This document shows, piece after piece, positions 26,564 through 37,092 of a stretch of DNA of 64,000 bases. A program made the position numbers and the translations under genes. Location of the stretch: positions 288,001 through 352,000 of the forward strand of contig CAXXVZ010000003.1 in the NCBI GenBank assembly GCA_963678065.2. Reading direction: 5' to 3'. The notes beneath the pieces are model-generated. The model did not search any database. It was given only the letters and a program-made list of their open reading frames with translations, and had not been told where the DNA came from. Source of the DNA: Treponemataceae bacterium (GTDB taxonomy: Bacteria > Spirochaetota > Spirochaetia > Treponematales > Rectinemataceae). Numbering within the stretch: the stretch's first letter is position 1; every line of letters begins with the position of its first letter.

Positions 26564-27346
26564 TTAGATTCGGGGCAGTTTTGCGAGTTCCCCGTCATCG
26601 AAGTCGCCGGGGATCATCGAAGCCGTGTCGTAGTCCGGCGAGATGAGGAGTCCCACCGCGAGGCATGCGAGGAAATAGTCCTCGTGCCTCTCTCTCGGAT
26701 AGAGCGGGACGAGGTATGGCCCCTTCCGCTCGAAAGCGCCGGCGACAAACCTGTCGACACGGCGCCAATGTTTTTCCGTATACGTTTTTGTGAATCCGTC
26801 AAACTCAAAGAGAGCCCGGACGAGGCCCGCGAGTTGGACTGGGGGCACGAGCTCCTCGGTGATATCGTGCGCTTCTTCCTGATTCCTGAAAAGAAGTACT
26901 CCCGGCGAGAGCGCTGAAGGGCAGGGAAGGAGGGCTGTGGCCACGGAGACCTGCACTTCGCCGTTTCCGTTCCTCTCTTCAAGATACTCGCCGAAAGGAC
27001 GCAGAATCCGCAATTCCGCCTCTCCCCTCTCGCCGAGCGCGCGCAGTGCCGCTGTTTCCGACCTGTAAAACAGGACATATGTGTAGGCTGGCCATCGGCG
27101 GAGAAGCTCTTTCCTGAGCCTGGCTTCCCAGGGCGAGGGCATGGGTCTCGAAAGCCCCATGTCGATGGCCGCCTTGAGGCTTGTACCGATGCCGCTTCCT
27201 TTCGCGCCAAGAATCGCGCGTCCGCCATCCATCCACAGGTCGAGAAAGCGTTCGCCCGAGTACGCGTACAGCCGCCAGAGTCTCGCCCTCCTGATTCCGG
27301 GGAGGTTTCGTAGAAGCCGGTCCGTCTCCGCCGTGACTGCGCGCAT
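26564..27346 (-). CDS. Hypothetical protein, degenerate class-III aminotransferase-like fold
   Basis: RRARLWRLYAYSGERFLDLWMDGGRAILG resembles the HemL/ArgD N-terminus; GGAGG RBS; starts right after the uvrD stop. Confidence 0.55.
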   Translation of the reverse strand: MRAVTAETDRLLRNLPGIRRARLWRLYAYSGERFLDLWMDGGRAILGAKGSGIGTSLKAAIDMGLSRPMPSPWEARLRKELLRRWPAYTYVLFYRSETAALRALGERGEAELRILRPFGEYLEERNGNGEVQVSVATALLPCPSALSPGVLLFRNQEEAHDITEELVPPVQLAGLVRALFEFDGFTKTYTEKHWRRVDRFVAGAFERKGPYLVPLYPRERHEDYFLACLAVGLLISPDYDTASMIPGDFDDGELAKLPRI

Positions 27347-27348
27347 GC

Positions 27349-29739
27349 TCAGCTCCTCCACGCTTCTAGTTTCGTGGTGAATTTAGGGAAGAACTGGGCC
27401 TGTTTGCCGGTTTCGAAGCGAACGACGACGAGAGGGCCCGCGCTCGGTGTCGGGCTGACCTTGAGGATGACCCCCGCGCCATATTCGTCGTGGTAGACCG
27501 CCATGCCCGCGTGCCAGATCTGCTCGGGAGCCTTGGCCGGCCCGGAAACTGCCCTCGGGCGTCCGCTTCCCGGGTAAGAAGCAGTCTGCGCGCCGTAGCC
27601 TGTCCCGGAGCGAGCAGGCATCTGCGAAGAGGCGTAGCCGCCTTTGCCCTGCAGGAGACTTGTCTTCTTGCTCCCCACGATCTCGAGCCGTCCGGGCGAT
27701 ATCTCCGACAGGAAACGTGAGGGCGAGGTCTCGAAAAGTCTTCCGTGGAGCGTGCGCCAGCGGCAGGCCGTGAGGAGAAGCTTGTCCTTGGCCCTCGTTA
27801 TGGCGACATAGAAGAGCCTTCTCTGCTCCTCGAGATCCTCGCCGTCTTCGTCGTCGCGGGGAAAGAGCCCTTGCTCGAGACCAGTGACGATGACGAAGGG
27901 AAATTCGAGCCCCTTGGTGTTGTGCATGGTGATGAGGGTCACGGCCTCTGCACCCGATTCTTCGGCGGAGAGGCTTCTGTCCAGCTCGATCGTCTCGAGG
28001 AAATCGGAGAGGCCCTTCGCGGAGAGCGGGTAGAGTGAGGCGGCGTTGACGAGTTCGTCGAGGTTCGCGAGTTTCTGGGTTCCCGCGACCTCATCCTGGC
28101 TGCGGTGGTACTCGGCGAGTCCCGAGCGCGTCGCGACCGCCTCGACGAGGAGGGCGAGGGATTGCGAACCAGCCTCCGGTTTGGCCGCCCCGCCGTCCGA
28201 TACGGAATAAGGGATGTCGGGGATATCTTCACTCCCGGTCTCAGCGGTCTCAGCGGTGCCGGGACTATCGGTGCCGGAAACGTCGTCCTCGCCTTTCTGG
28301 GCTCCGCGGTCAGGCGGCATCATGGGAAGGCCGGCGGTGCTGCGGAAAATCTTTGCGAGGCGCAGGAATTCGGCGATGCCGGTTTTCGCCCTGCCTTTGA
28401 GGGAGCCGGACATTTCCTCCGACGCGCCCATGAGGTCGAGTCCCCTCTCTCCCGCCCGGTCGACGATGGATTCGAGGGCTGTGTCGCCGAGACCGCGGGT
28501 GGGTTTGTTCGCGATTCTCGTGAATGCAATCTCGTCGCGGGGGTTCTGCATGAAGGAGAGCCAGGCGAGGACATCTTTTACTTCTTCGCGCTCGTAGAAG
28601 CGCAGAGCCCCGACGATCCGGTAGGGGATGCCCATGCGCGGGAAGTCCTTCTCGAACCCGAGGGACTGGGCGTTCGTACGGTAGAGGATGGCGATGTCGG
28701 AGAGCCGTCCGCCCGCCTTCACGTGTTCCTTCACGACCTGGCCGCAGTAGGATGACTCCATATTCTGATCGTCGAGGAGAGCGAGGCGCGGCTTCGTTCC
28801 GCCGATCCGTTCGGCGACGAGGGTCTTGCCGAGCCTGCCCTCGTTGCGGGCGACGACTTCGCCGGCGATATCGAGGATGTTCTGGTATGAGCGGTAGTTT
28901 CTCTCGAGCTTGATGATGGTCGTGCCGGGGAAAATCCTGGGAAACTCGAGGATGTTCCGGATTTCGGCTCCCCGGAAGCGGTAGATGGACTGGTCGTCGT
29001 CCCCCACGACGCAGACGTAGGCCGAGTCTCCTGCGAGTTCCTTGAGGAGTTCGAACTGCGCGACGTTGGAGTCCTGGTACTCGTCGACGAGGATGACGCG
29101 GAAGCGCTGTCTCGTGCGGCGTCTTATGACTTCATCGTTCCGGAGAATCACGGTGGGCAGACGGATGAGGTCACCGAAGTCGACATTGCCCGTCCGCTTG
29201 AGTCTCTCCTCGTAGGTCGCGTAGATCCTGCGGAACTCAGGCTCGGCCGAGGCTTCCGAAAGGTCAGGAGCGTCGCAGGCCAGGCCGTAATCTTTGGCCC
29301 TCGCTATGGCGGAGCAGAAGCGGGAGCATTCCTTTTTCGTGTACTGGGGCAGGGCGGCGTGCAGGAGGGATGCCGAGTCGTCATCGTCGTAAATGACGAA
29401 GTTGGAGTCGAGTCCGGCCGCCGTCGCGTTCCGTCTGAGGAACCAGGCGCCGAAAGAGTGGAAGGTGCGCAGAATGGCCCGCGAGCATTCGGGCTCGATA
29501 GCCGCAGCCCGCTCGCGCATTTCGCGCGCCGCTTTGTTCGTGAAGGTCACCGCGAGGATGGACTCGGGCTCCATTCCACGCTCCCGCACGAGCCAGGCGA
29601 TTTTTGTCGTTATGACCCGCGTTTTGCCTGAGCCGGCTCCCGCCAGGATGAGGAGGGGCGAGCCCGAGTGCTTCACCGCCTCGAGCTGGGCGGGATTGAG
29701 CCTGTCCAGATAGCCGTCGTCGCGCGGGATGCCGTTCAT
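27349..29739 (-). CDS. uvrD: UvrD/PcrA superfamily-1 DNA helicase
   Basis: AGAGSGKT, VTFTNKAA, VDEYQD, GDDDQSIY, KGLEF and RRLFYVAITRA motifs; ATG overlaps rimO stop. Confidence 0.93.
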   Translation of the reverse strand: MNGIPRDDGYLDRLNPAQLEAVKHSGSPLLILAGAGSGKTRVITTKIAWLVRERGMEPESILAVTFTNKAAREMRERAAAIEPECSRAILRTFHSFGAWFLRRNATAAGLDSNFVIYDDDDSASLLHAALPQYTKKECSRFCSAIARAKDYGLACDAPDLSEASAEPEFRRIYATYEERLKRTGNVDFGDLIRLPTVILRNDEVIRRRTRQRFRVILVDEYQDSNVAQFELLKELAGDSAYVCVVGDDDQSIYRFRGAEIRNILEFPRIFPGTTIIKLERNYRSYQNILDIAGEVVARNEGRLGKTLVAERIGGTKPRLALLDDQNMESSYCGQVVKEHVKAGGRLSDIAILYRTNAQSLGFEKDFPRMGIPYRIVGALRFYEREEVKDVLAWLSFMQNPRDEIAFTRIANKPTRGLGDTALESIVDRAGERGLDLMGASEEMSGSLKGRAKTGIAEFLRLAKIFRSTAGLPMMPPDRGAQKGEDDVSGTDSPGTAETAETGSEDIPDIPYSVSDGGAAKPEAGSQSLALLVEAVATRSGLAEYHRSQDEVAGTQKLANLDELVNAASLYPLSAKGLSDFLETIELDRSLSAEESGAEAVTLITMHNTKGLEFPFVIVTGLEQGLFPRDDEDGEDLEEQRRLFYVAITRAKDKLLLTACRWRTLHGRLFETSPSRFLSEISPGRLEIVGSKKTSLLQGKGGYASSQMPARSGTGYGAQTASYPGSGRPRAVSGPAKAPEQIWHAGMAVYHDEYGAGVILKVSPTPSAGPLVVVRFETGKQAQFFPKFTTKLEAWRS

Positions 29740-31118
29740 TCCCCGATGCCCCCGGAGTCGCCGCCGGTTCCGGCGAGGCCGACTGCCCTCGTCGGGACCG
29801 CCTCGAAGTCGACTCCGTTCAGCGCGACGATTGTGCAGCGCACGAGGCTGCCCGGGGCATGTGTCCCCCGCACGACCGTGAGGCCGTCGACATCGGGAGT
29901 CTGCATCCAGGCGCGCCCGATGCACAGTTCTTCACCCTTGATTTTCTCTTCGATGACCACGTCGACGGAAGATCCGATGAATCGCGCGAGCCGTCTGGCG
30001 GTGATGCCCACCTGGGCCTCTTCTATCGCCCTGCGGCGCGCCTCGGCTGTCTTCTTGGCGACCCTGCCTTTCATGGAGTACGAGGGAGTTCCCTCTTCGC
30101 GCGAGTAGGCGAAGGTCCCGAGCCAGTCGAGCCCGGCCCTGTCCTGGAAATCCCGCAATGTGGCGAAATCCTCTTCTGTCTCGCCGGGGAATCCGACGAG
30201 GAAGGTCGAACGGACCATGCAATCCGGAAGCCTCTCCCGGATTGCCGTGATGAGGCCGAGGTAGCTCTCTTCGTCGCCGCGACGGTTCATCGCACGAAGG
30301 AGCATCTTCGCCGCATGCTGGAATGGTATGTCGAAATAGGGGATGAGGCGGGAATCGCGGGCCATGATGTCGAGTATTTCGAGGGGAAAGTTGTCGGGAT
30401 GGATGTAGAGAATCCGTACCCGGAAGACAGGTTCCGCCGGCAGAGCCGAGAGGGCCGCGAGAAGCTCGGGCAAGGCCTGTCTTCCGTAACGGTCCTTCCC
30501 GAATGATCCGAGATCCTGGCCGACGAGGACGAGCTCGTGGATACCGCGGGCGACGAGTCCCCGGCATTCCTCCACGATATCCTCGACTTTTCGTGAGCGA
30601 AGGGATCCGCGGATGAGGGGTATCGCGCAGAAGCTGCAGCGGTTGGAGCAGCCCTCGGTGATTTTGACGTGGACCGTGCCCGCGAAATCGAAGAAACGTT
30701 CTCTGCAGTAGACGGGTTCGTCGTAGTCGGCGGTCGACGCCGATTCCGCGTCCGAGACGGCCACGGGCCGTTTTCCCGCGACGGTAGCCTCCGCGGTGGC
30801 GACGATAGCCGAGAAATCCGTGTTGCCGGCGATCCCGTCGGCCTCCGCCATGTCGAGCGCGAGTTCCGCGGAATAGCGCTGGGAGAGGCATCCTGCGACG
30901 AGGATTTTCTTCTCGGGATACGCGGCCTTGAGGGACATGATGGCGTCCACCGATTCGCGCTTGGCAGATTCGATGAAGCCGCAGGTGTTGACGATGACGA
31001 GTTCGGCCTCCGCCGCCGAGTCGACCCAGCTGTGGCCGGCGTTCTCGAGTCGGGTCGAGATTTCCTCGCCGTCTACCTGGTTTTTGGCGCAGCCATGGTT
31101 GTCTATCCAGAATTTCAT
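29736..31118 (-). CDS. rimO: Ribosomal protein S12 methylthiotransferase
   Basis: GCAKNQVD, VNTCGFI, EGCSNRCSFC motifs and C-terminal TRAM (PDVDG). Confidence 0.93.
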   Translation of the reverse strand: MKFWIDNHGCAKNQVDGEEISTRLENAGHSWVDSAAEAELVIVNTCGFIESAKRESVDAIMSLKAAYPEKKILVAGCLSQRYSAELALDMAEADGIAGNTDFSAIVATAEATVAGKRPVAVSDAESASTADYDEPVYCRERFFDFAGTVHVKITEGCSNRCSFCAIPLIRGSLRSRKVEDIVEECRGLVARGIHELVLVGQDLGSFGKDRYGRQALPELLAALSALPAEPVFRVRILYIHPDNFPLEILDIMARDSRLIPYFDIPFQHAAKMLLRAMNRRGDEESYLGLITAIRERLPDCMVRSTFLVGFPGETEEDFATLRDFQDRAGLDWLGTFAYSREEGTPSYSMKGRVAKKTAEARRRAIEEAQVGITARRLARFIGSSVDVVIEEKIKGEELCIGRAWMQTPDVDGLTVVRGTHAPGSLVRCTIVALNGVDFEAVPTRAVGLAGTGGDSGGIGE

Positions 31119-31124
31119 GCTTGT

Positions 31125-32462
31125 TTAGTCATTCTCCACGGCACTCATGACCCAGGAGCCTTCGGATTGAGACCATCCGATGCGTTTTACCGCGACTTCT
31201 CCGGGTGCGCCCAGTTCGAGATCGGCGGTTTTCCCGCCCGATGCCGTGATGGTTATCTTCGCGGCCTGGGCATTGGATGCCCATACGACGAGGGAATTGT
31301 CCGCATTCACCGTTATGGTCTCGCCTTTGGAGTAGTAGCGCTCTTTCCACTCCCTCCTGTCGGCCTCGTAACGGAACATGCAGGCCGCGCGGAAGGTGAT
31401 GGTCGCGACGAAGGGGTAGGGTCCTTTGCTGGAGCGGAAGAGTATCCCGGTTTTCCGGGCGGTCGGCTCGGCGCTCTGGATATCGTTCGGGCCGACAGTT
31501 ATGTCGGTGCTCGCCGTGCTGTCGGGGGATTTCTGGGCAAAATACTCGATGCGGATGAGGGCTCCGGATCTCCCTTCTTTCCGGGCGAAATCGGCGACGG
31601 TCAGCTTCAGTTCGGGAACCTTGTCCTTGTTGAAGTCGATGTGGGTCTCTTCCCCGAGCATGAGGGAGAGAAGCCCGAGAGGCGTCTCGATGTTGACTGT
31701 GTCGGTGATGCTCGCGAGCCTGAGTTTGTAGGTATCCGTGTCGATGACGGCGAGGATGCTGTCGCCGGGGTAGATCCGCTTCTCGAAGGCCGATCCTTCG
31801 ATCCTGTACTCCACGGGAAGGGCCGGCTTGCCGGCGCTGGAGTAGTCGCCTCCCTGGTTTCTGCCTTTGACGATGAAGAAGGCCGAAACGGCGACGATGA
31901 GGACCGCGAGGATTGCGAGTGCCGGAACGAGCGAGGGGAATCGTGCGCTGACAGGTTTTTTTTCGCCCGTCCTTTTCGTGATTGATGCAAAAGCCTTGTC
32001 CCCCCCCGGCGTCTCCGATCCCTGGACGGTTCCTGAGGCTGTCTCATTTTCGGGAGTGGGAGATGGGACGGGTTTCCGGAGGGCATCGGGGAGTGGTGCG
32101 GGCTCCAGATGTTCTTCGGCGGCCTTTCGTGCGAAGACGTGCCCGCGCCCTGGCTTCGCTGAGACAATGTCAGGGCGGGGCGCGGTGACGGGAGCCACTG
32201 TCTGTTCGGGCACAATGCCCCGGGAGGCCTTGTATTCCGCAATGAGGGGATCAGGGTCGATCTCGAGATACTCAGCGTAATTGCGCAGAAAACCGATGAT
32301 GTACGGTTCGCCGTGGAAACCTGTATAGTCTCCGCTTTCGAGTCCGGAAAGATAAGCCGGGCCGATATTCGTGTCTTCGGCCACCCGCGCGAGGCTCAGT
32401 TTCCTGTCCTCGCGGGTCTTCCGGAGTATCTCTCCGATGCCCGGCTTCAGGTCTTTGTCCAT
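31125..32462 (-). CDS. RodZ-like HTH membrane protein
   Basis: GEILRKTRE..GFLRNYAEYL HTH, single TM, C-terminal periplasmic domain; lies between lolA and rimO. Confidence 0.8.
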   Translation of the reverse strand: MDKDLKPGIGEILRKTREDRKLSLARVAEDTNIGPAYLSGLESGDYTGFHGEPYIIGFLRNYAEYLEIDPDPLIAEYKASRGIVPEQTVAPVTAPRPDIVSAKPGRGHVFARKAAEEHLEPAPLPDALRKPVPSPTPENETASGTVQGSETPGGDKAFASITKRTGEKKPVSARFPSLVPALAILAVLIVAVSAFFIVKGRNQGGDYSSAGKPALPVEYRIEGSAFEKRIYPGDSILAVIDTDTYKLRLASITDTVNIETPLGLLSLMLGEETHIDFNKDKVPELKLTVADFARKEGRSGALIRIEYFAQKSPDSTASTDITVGPNDIQSAEPTARKTGILFRSSKGPYPFVATITFRAACMFRYEADRREWKERYYSKGETITVNADNSLVVWASNAQAAKITITASGGKTADLELGAPGEVAVKRIGWSQSEGSWVMSAVEND

Positions 32463-32467
32463 AAAGT

Positions 32468-33151
32468 TCAGTTGTCCGATTTGAACAGGAAGTTGTTGTA
32501 GACGTTGGCTGTCGCCGGCGTATCGTACATGAAGCGGTTCGCCGATATACCGACGTTCGTCTTGATGCCCGAAAAATTGAAGACAAGCTTTTCGTTGGCG
32601 ATTGTCCAGCCCTCTATCCTGCGGATGAGCTTCGTTTCAGGGTTAACGGATAGCTTGATGGCCTTGAGTCCGTCGGAAACGTTCTTGCGCACGAGGGAGA
32701 GCCTCTGTATCTGCTCGGAAGATCCCGGATCGAGGGGAACAGGTTCCGGGCTTGTTTCCCAGGCGATCGTGTAGCTGCGCTTCATCATTTTGAGCCCGTC
32801 GCGGGACGCGAGTCCTGCTCCCGTGCTGCGGACGTCGCCTGAATCCTGGGAGAGCACCGCGTGGTACTGGGGAATGTAGACGAGGAGTCTCGTGCCATCA
32901 TACACGATGACCTGCTCCGCCGGCTGGGAAAAGTCGATCCTGAGCAGGGAGGGCGCCTTGAAGGCTATGTTCCCGTACATGACCTGCTTTCCGGAATTTA
33001 TTGAGATCTGACCTTCGTAGTCATTGACCTGGGCGTAGCGATCCGATACCTGATTGAAGAATTGTTCGGCCGTCTGCATGTCCTGCGAGCCGAGGAGCGG
33101 CGCGGTCAGGGTCAGGAAGGCAAAAAAAACGGCGATCGTAGCTGTTTTCAC
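32468..33151 (-). CDS. lolA: Outer-membrane lipoprotein carrier protein LolA family
   Basis: Signal peptide; FKAPSLLRIDFSQPAEQVIVYDG. Confidence 0.8.
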   Translation of the reverse strand: MKTATIAVFFAFLTLTAPLLGSQDMQTAEQFFNQVSDRYAQVNDYEGQISINSGKQVMYGNIAFKAPSLLRIDFSQPAEQVIVYDGTRLLVYIPQYHAVLSQDSGDVRSTGAGLASRDGLKMMKRSYTIAWETSPEPVPLDPGSSEQIQRLSLVRKNVSDGLKAIKLSVNPETKLIRRIEGWTIANEKLVFNFSGIKTNVGISANRFMYDTPATANVYNNFLFKSDN

Positions 33152-33157
33152 GATTGA

Positions 33158-33186
33158 ATACTAACTTCGTCCGGTAAAAAAAACAA
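33158..33186 (-). promoter_or_regulatory. sigma70 promoter, leaderless geometry
   Basis: Minus strand TTGTTT-17-TAGTAT-6 nt-GTG(33151). Confidence 0.55.
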
Positions 33187-33239
33187 GGTCGAAAGGCATG
33201 GCGAGCCGGAAACCGCAGAACGTCGCGGAAGCGGAAAAC

Positions 33240-33284
33240 AAAGCGGGAGAATGGTGGAATGATCCGCGGCATCCTCCCGCTTTT
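33240..33284 (-). terminator. Hairpin terminator downstream of pfp
   Basis: aaagcgggag...ctcccgcttt inverted repeat with A/T tracts on both sides. Confidence 0.55.
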
Positions 33285-33292
33285 CGATACTT

Positions 33293-34963
33293 CTAGACCG
33301 TCGTTATCCTTTCAAGGGAGAGGGTCATTGTCGGGCTGTCCGTGAGAATCGCCGGGCCGAAGTACTGGATTCCGCCGGGTACGCGGAAATCGGACGAGAG
33401 TGCCCACTCGCCGCGCTTACCCGCGAACTCGAGGAAGGGCTTCCCGTCGAGCTCGACGAGGGCTTTGCGGATGACAGGCTTGTCCTGGCCATGCCTGCGC
33501 TCCATGTTCATGAGGCTGACGAGGGGAACGCCGCCTGAGATCCATTCGATCGCGGGGGCGACAAGGTTGCGGACCGAGGAGAGGTAGCCCGTGAGGCAGT
33601 TGGCCACGAGAGCGAAGGCGGTGTAACCGAGGGCGTAGCAGTAGTCGGCGTCGAAGTTCGAGGGAAAGGCGCAGCGGCCTTCATAGCCGAAGAAGTGGTT
33701 CTGCCAGTCGAACTTGCCGGCATAGGTGCCGGCCGCCGCCATCTCGGCCATGCGAGCCTTGACCATGGCGGCGAGGAGCTTCTCGGTCTCGATCCTGGAA
33801 ACCTGGACGTTTCCGTGGGGATCCCGGTCCCAACAGAGCTGGGCCTGGATTTCCGCGGGCAGGGATGCGTAAACGGCGGCGGATGCGGCGCCGAGGTTTG
33901 CACGGACAAAGTCCCTCTGGGCGGCGGAGTCGGGGAGGGCCTTGAACTCGGCTTCCTTGTGGGCCATGAGGTCGTTGAGCTCGGCGATGAGAACCTTGAA
34001 CTCGGGAACGAACTCGATGAGCCCTTCGGGAATGATGACGACGCCGAAGTTTTCGCCCTTCTGCGCGCGCGCGGCGACGGAGGCGGCGATCTGGGTCACG
34101 ATGGCGTCGAGACTCATCTTTTTTGCCTCGACTTCCTCCGAGATGAGGGCGACGTTCGGGTGGCACTGCAGGGCGACTTCGAGGGCAATGTGGGAGGCGG
34201 AGCGCCCCATCAGCTTGACGAAGTGCCAGTACTTGCGGCCCGAGGCTGAGTCGCGCTCGATGTTGCCGACGAGTTCGGAGTAGAGTTTGGCGGCGGTGTC
34301 GAAGCCGAATGAGGTCTCTATCTGCTCGCTCTTGAGGTCGCCGTCGATGGTCTTGGGAACGCCGACGACGCAGATGGGGGCCTTCCGGGCGGCGAAGTAC
34401 TCGGCGAGGAGGGCGGCGTTGGTGTTGGAGTCGTCTCCGCCGACCACGACGACGGCGTCGAGGCCGCGGCGCATGGCTGTCTGGTAGGCCTTGTCGAACT
34501 GCTCCGGGGTCTCGATCTTAGTGCGTCCCGAGCCGATGAGGTCGAAGCCGCCGGTGTTGCGGTAGCGGTCCACGAGTTCGGCATCGATGTCCATGCATCT
34601 GTCGTCGACGAGTCCGCCGGGACCGCCGCGGAATCCGTAGAGTCTGGAGGCGGGGTTCCCGGCGATGAGTCCGTCATAGAGGCCTGCGATGACGTTGTGA
34701 CCGCCGGGCGCGGGGCCTCCGGAGAGAATGACTCCCACGGTGAGGGGGCGGTTCATGGCGGAGTTGTCCGCGTCCCCGGGAACGAAGGTGATGGAGGGAA
34801 GGCCGTAAGTGGCGGGGAAGGTGGCCTTGAGCTTGTCCTTGTCGGTATCGGGCTCGGCCACCGCACCGCGGCTGGCGGAGATTCGTGCAGCGCTTGCGCG
34901 CAACACGGAAGGAAGTTTCGGTGCGTAGGCGTAGCGTGCGTTCTGTAAGGTGGAAGAGTTCAT
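33293..34963 (-). CDS. pfp: Pyrophosphate-dependent phosphofructokinase
   Basis: [33 protein letters not shown] and GYEGR motifs; AGGAG RBS before ATG 34963. Confidence 0.93.
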   Translation of the reverse strand: MNSSTLQNARYAYAPKLPSVLRASAARISASRGAVAEPDTDKDKLKATFPATYGLPSITFVPGDADNSAMNRPLTVGVILSGGPAPGGHNVIAGLYDGLIAGNPASRLYGFRGGPGGLVDDRCMDIDAELVDRYRNTGGFDLIGSGRTKIETPEQFDKAYQTAMRRGLDAVVVVGGDDSNTNAALLAEYFAARKAPICVVGVPKTIDGDLKSEQIETSFGFDTAAKLYSELVGNIERDSASGRKYWHFVKLMGRSASHIALEVALQCHPNVALISEEVEAKKMSLDAIVTQIAASVAARAQKGENFGVVIIPEGLIEFVPEFKVLIAELNDLMAHKEAEFKALPDSAAQRDFVRANLGAASAAVYASLPAEIQAQLCWDRDPHGNVQVSRIETEKLLAAMVKARMAEMAAAGTYAGKFDWQNHFFGYEGRCAFPSNFDADYCYALGYTAFALVANCLTGYLSSVRNLVAPAIEWISGGVPLVSLMNMERRHGQDKPVIRKALVELDGKPFLEFAGKRGEWALSSDFRVPGGIQYFGPAILTDSPTMTLSLERITTV

Positions 34964-35141
34964 TTCCTCTCTCCTGTCGTGAATATTCATACGGAATCTA
35001 TACGAAAAGAACGAAAAAGAATAGCCCGCTGCGGCGGGCCGGGATACAGGATCGGCCGAGCGCGTGAACGCCGTCGTTGCGTCCTGACGGAGCCTTTGCC
35101 GAGGTTGACCTCAATATTCATGGAAAGGTAGACTGACCATG

Positions 35142-36020
35142 ATGAAAAACCGCACCATGGTCGTGGCTTTCAACGCCGTCGTCGGCTTCTCGTTTTTTTT
35201 CCTTTTTATCCTTCCTCTCTTGCTTTTCGGTCCCGGGTACGCAGCCTCCTGGTGGCTCGCCTCTCTTCCTGCCTTTTTTATTTTTTCCGTTGTCCTCGTG
35301 ATCATAAATCTCGTGCTCCATGCAAACGGTGTCATGTACGCAAAAATAGAGGCGCAGGACTGGAAGGGGCTTGTGGAGTGGCTTCTGCCCCGCATCATCC
35401 GGCCGAAGGGCAGGATAAGCCGCAGTCCCATGGCGCCGGTGAGAGTGAGGTTGTACGTCGACGCGTGCATTCTCCTGGGCGATCACGACCGCATCCACGA
35501 ACTGGAGGACCGGCTCGCAGGCGCAGGCAGTCCTCTCCTCGCTTCCCAGGCTCTCGCCTTCGGCCTCTCCCGCTTTGTCAGAAATCGTGTCGACGAGGCC
35601 GCAGACTTTTTTGAGCGCTATCTTGACAGCGCGAAGACCGAGAGCAGGGACTGGCTCCGATTCGCTTACGGCTTCTGTCGGGTGCTGCAGGGGCGCTTCG
35701 ACGATTCGGTGCCCTATCTCAAGGAGGCTGCTCTGTCGGCCGATGCGGTGCTGGCCATGATAGGCGGGTATCTTTTGTCCTCTCTCCAGGCCCTCGTGGC
35801 AAAAAATGGCCATAGCGACGAACTCGCCGACCTGGCCCGGTCCGCCCGCGAGCGGATCTTGCGATCTTTTCCCGGAAAGAAGCTGGACGCCGAGTGTGAG
35901 CGCGCCGCCGGAGAGCTCCATGTCGTTTTCTTCGGAAAGATTCTGGATGACGCGAAAGCCTGGCTCGTCGACAAAACGCTAAATGCCGACCTCGATTCGG
36001 CCGATAAACCTAGCAGATGA
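35142..36020 (+). CDS. Hypothetical membrane protein (2 N-terminal TM plus helical domain)
   Basis: Two hydrophobic helices; stop overlaps next start; TTGACC-18-TAGACT upstream favours ATG 35142 (35139 alternative). Confidence 0.7.
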   Translation: MKNRTMVVAFNAVVGFSFFFLFILPLLLFGPGYAASWWLASLPAFFIFSVVLVIINLVLHANGVMYAKIEAQDWKGLVEWLLPRIIRPKGRISRSPMAPVRVRLYVDACILLGDHDRIHELEDRLAGAGSPLLASQALAFGLSRFVRNRVDEAADFFERYLDSAKTESRDWLRFAYGFCRVLQGRFDDSVPYLKEAALSADAVLAMIGGYLLSSLQALVAKNGHSDELADLARSARERILRSFPGKKLDAECERAAGELHVVFFGKILDDAKAWLVDKTLNADLDSADKPSR

Positions 36021-37090
36021 AGCTCCATCTTCTACCCGCCGCGGTCCTTGCCGCCGCTTTTGTTTTCGCTGCTGCGGCCTCTGCCTTTGCGGCCGACCCC
36101 ATTTACCACGAACTCAGGAAAGGTGATACGCTGTTCAGCATCGCCCGTAAGTACGTTATTCCCTATGAGGCCCTCGCGGCAGCCAACGGCATCGACGACC
36201 CCACGAGGCTCAGGATCGGTGAGAAGCTCGTCATTCCGGAACTCTACAAGGTCGAAGCGGGCGATTCCCTCTCCGGAATAGCCAAGGCATACGGTATAAC
36301 CACCGATGTGCTGCGCAAGACGAACAAGCTGGGCGGCCAATCCGTACTCCAGCCTGGAGACATACTCGTCATTCCGGCTTCGCGCTTTGTGCCGGGTGCG
36401 CCCAAAGTCAAGGCGCCTCTGGATCCCCCGACTTCCACGACCGCGACCTCCACGACGGTCAAGCCAGCAGCATCGTCAACCTCGACCATGACAAAATCGC
36501 CCTCTGCCGCATCCACCACCACAGCCAAGCCTGTTCCCGCGCCTACCGTCACGACAGCGGCCAAGCCCCTCCCTCTCCCTACGTCGACCACGGAAAAAAC
36601 TTTTTCCCCGTCCTCCACGACAGCGACCTCTGTGCGTCCCACGACGACGCTCCAGCAGCCACAGATGCCTGTCACCTCGTCGCTCACCCTCCCGCCGGAG
36701 GTCCCCGCCATCAGGACGGCCGCTCGTCCCGTGGACCGCAAGCTTGCCTGGCCATGCCCCGGTGAATACATGTACCTCGATGGCAAACTTGAGGGAATCA
36801 TGGTCAGAACCCTGCCAGGCGAAGCCGCAAAAGCCGTGGCGAACGGGATGGTGGTTTCGGCCGGCCCCGCGCGCGGATTCGGCCTCGTGGCTTTCGTCCA
36901 ATCCGCATCCGGATACATCTACGTCTACGGAGGCAACGAAAAACTTTCTGTCGCAGTGGGGGAATCCGTGAAGTCCGGACAGGAGATCGGGACAATCGGC
37001 GTCGATGCCAAGGATGGAGGCCCTGTCGCCTATTTCATAGTATTCAGGGACGGGACTTCGATCGATCCGGCGCGGGCTCCAAGGGACTGA
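36017..37090 (+). CDS. NlpD-like LysM x2 plus M23-fold protein
   Basis: Signal peptide, two LysM ([18 protein letters not shown]), Thr/Pro linker, [15 protein letters not shown]. Confidence 0.85.
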   Translation: MKLHLLPAAVLAAAFVFAAAASAFAADPIYHELRKGDTLFSIARKYVIPYEALAAANGIDDPTRLRIGEKLVIPELYKVEAGDSLSGIAKAYGITTDVLRKTNKLGGQSVLQPGDILVIPASRFVPGAPKVKAPLDPPTSTTATSTTVKPAASSTSTMTKSPSAASTTTAKPVPAPTVTTAAKPLPLPTSTTEKTFSPSSTTATSVRPTTTLQQPQMPVTSSLTLPPEVPAIRTAARPVDRKLAWPCPGEYMYLDGKLEGIMVRTLPGEAAKAVANGMVVSAGPARGFGLVAFVQSASGYIYVYGGNEKLSVAVGESVKSGQEIGTIGVDAKDGGPVAYFIVFRDGTSIDPARAPRD

Positions 37091-37092
37091 AA

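Noticed and set aside
35060..35105. Possible sigma54 -24/-12 promoter for the rpoS-like operon (as in Borrelia)
   Set aside because: TTGC is present but there is no GG at the required spacing
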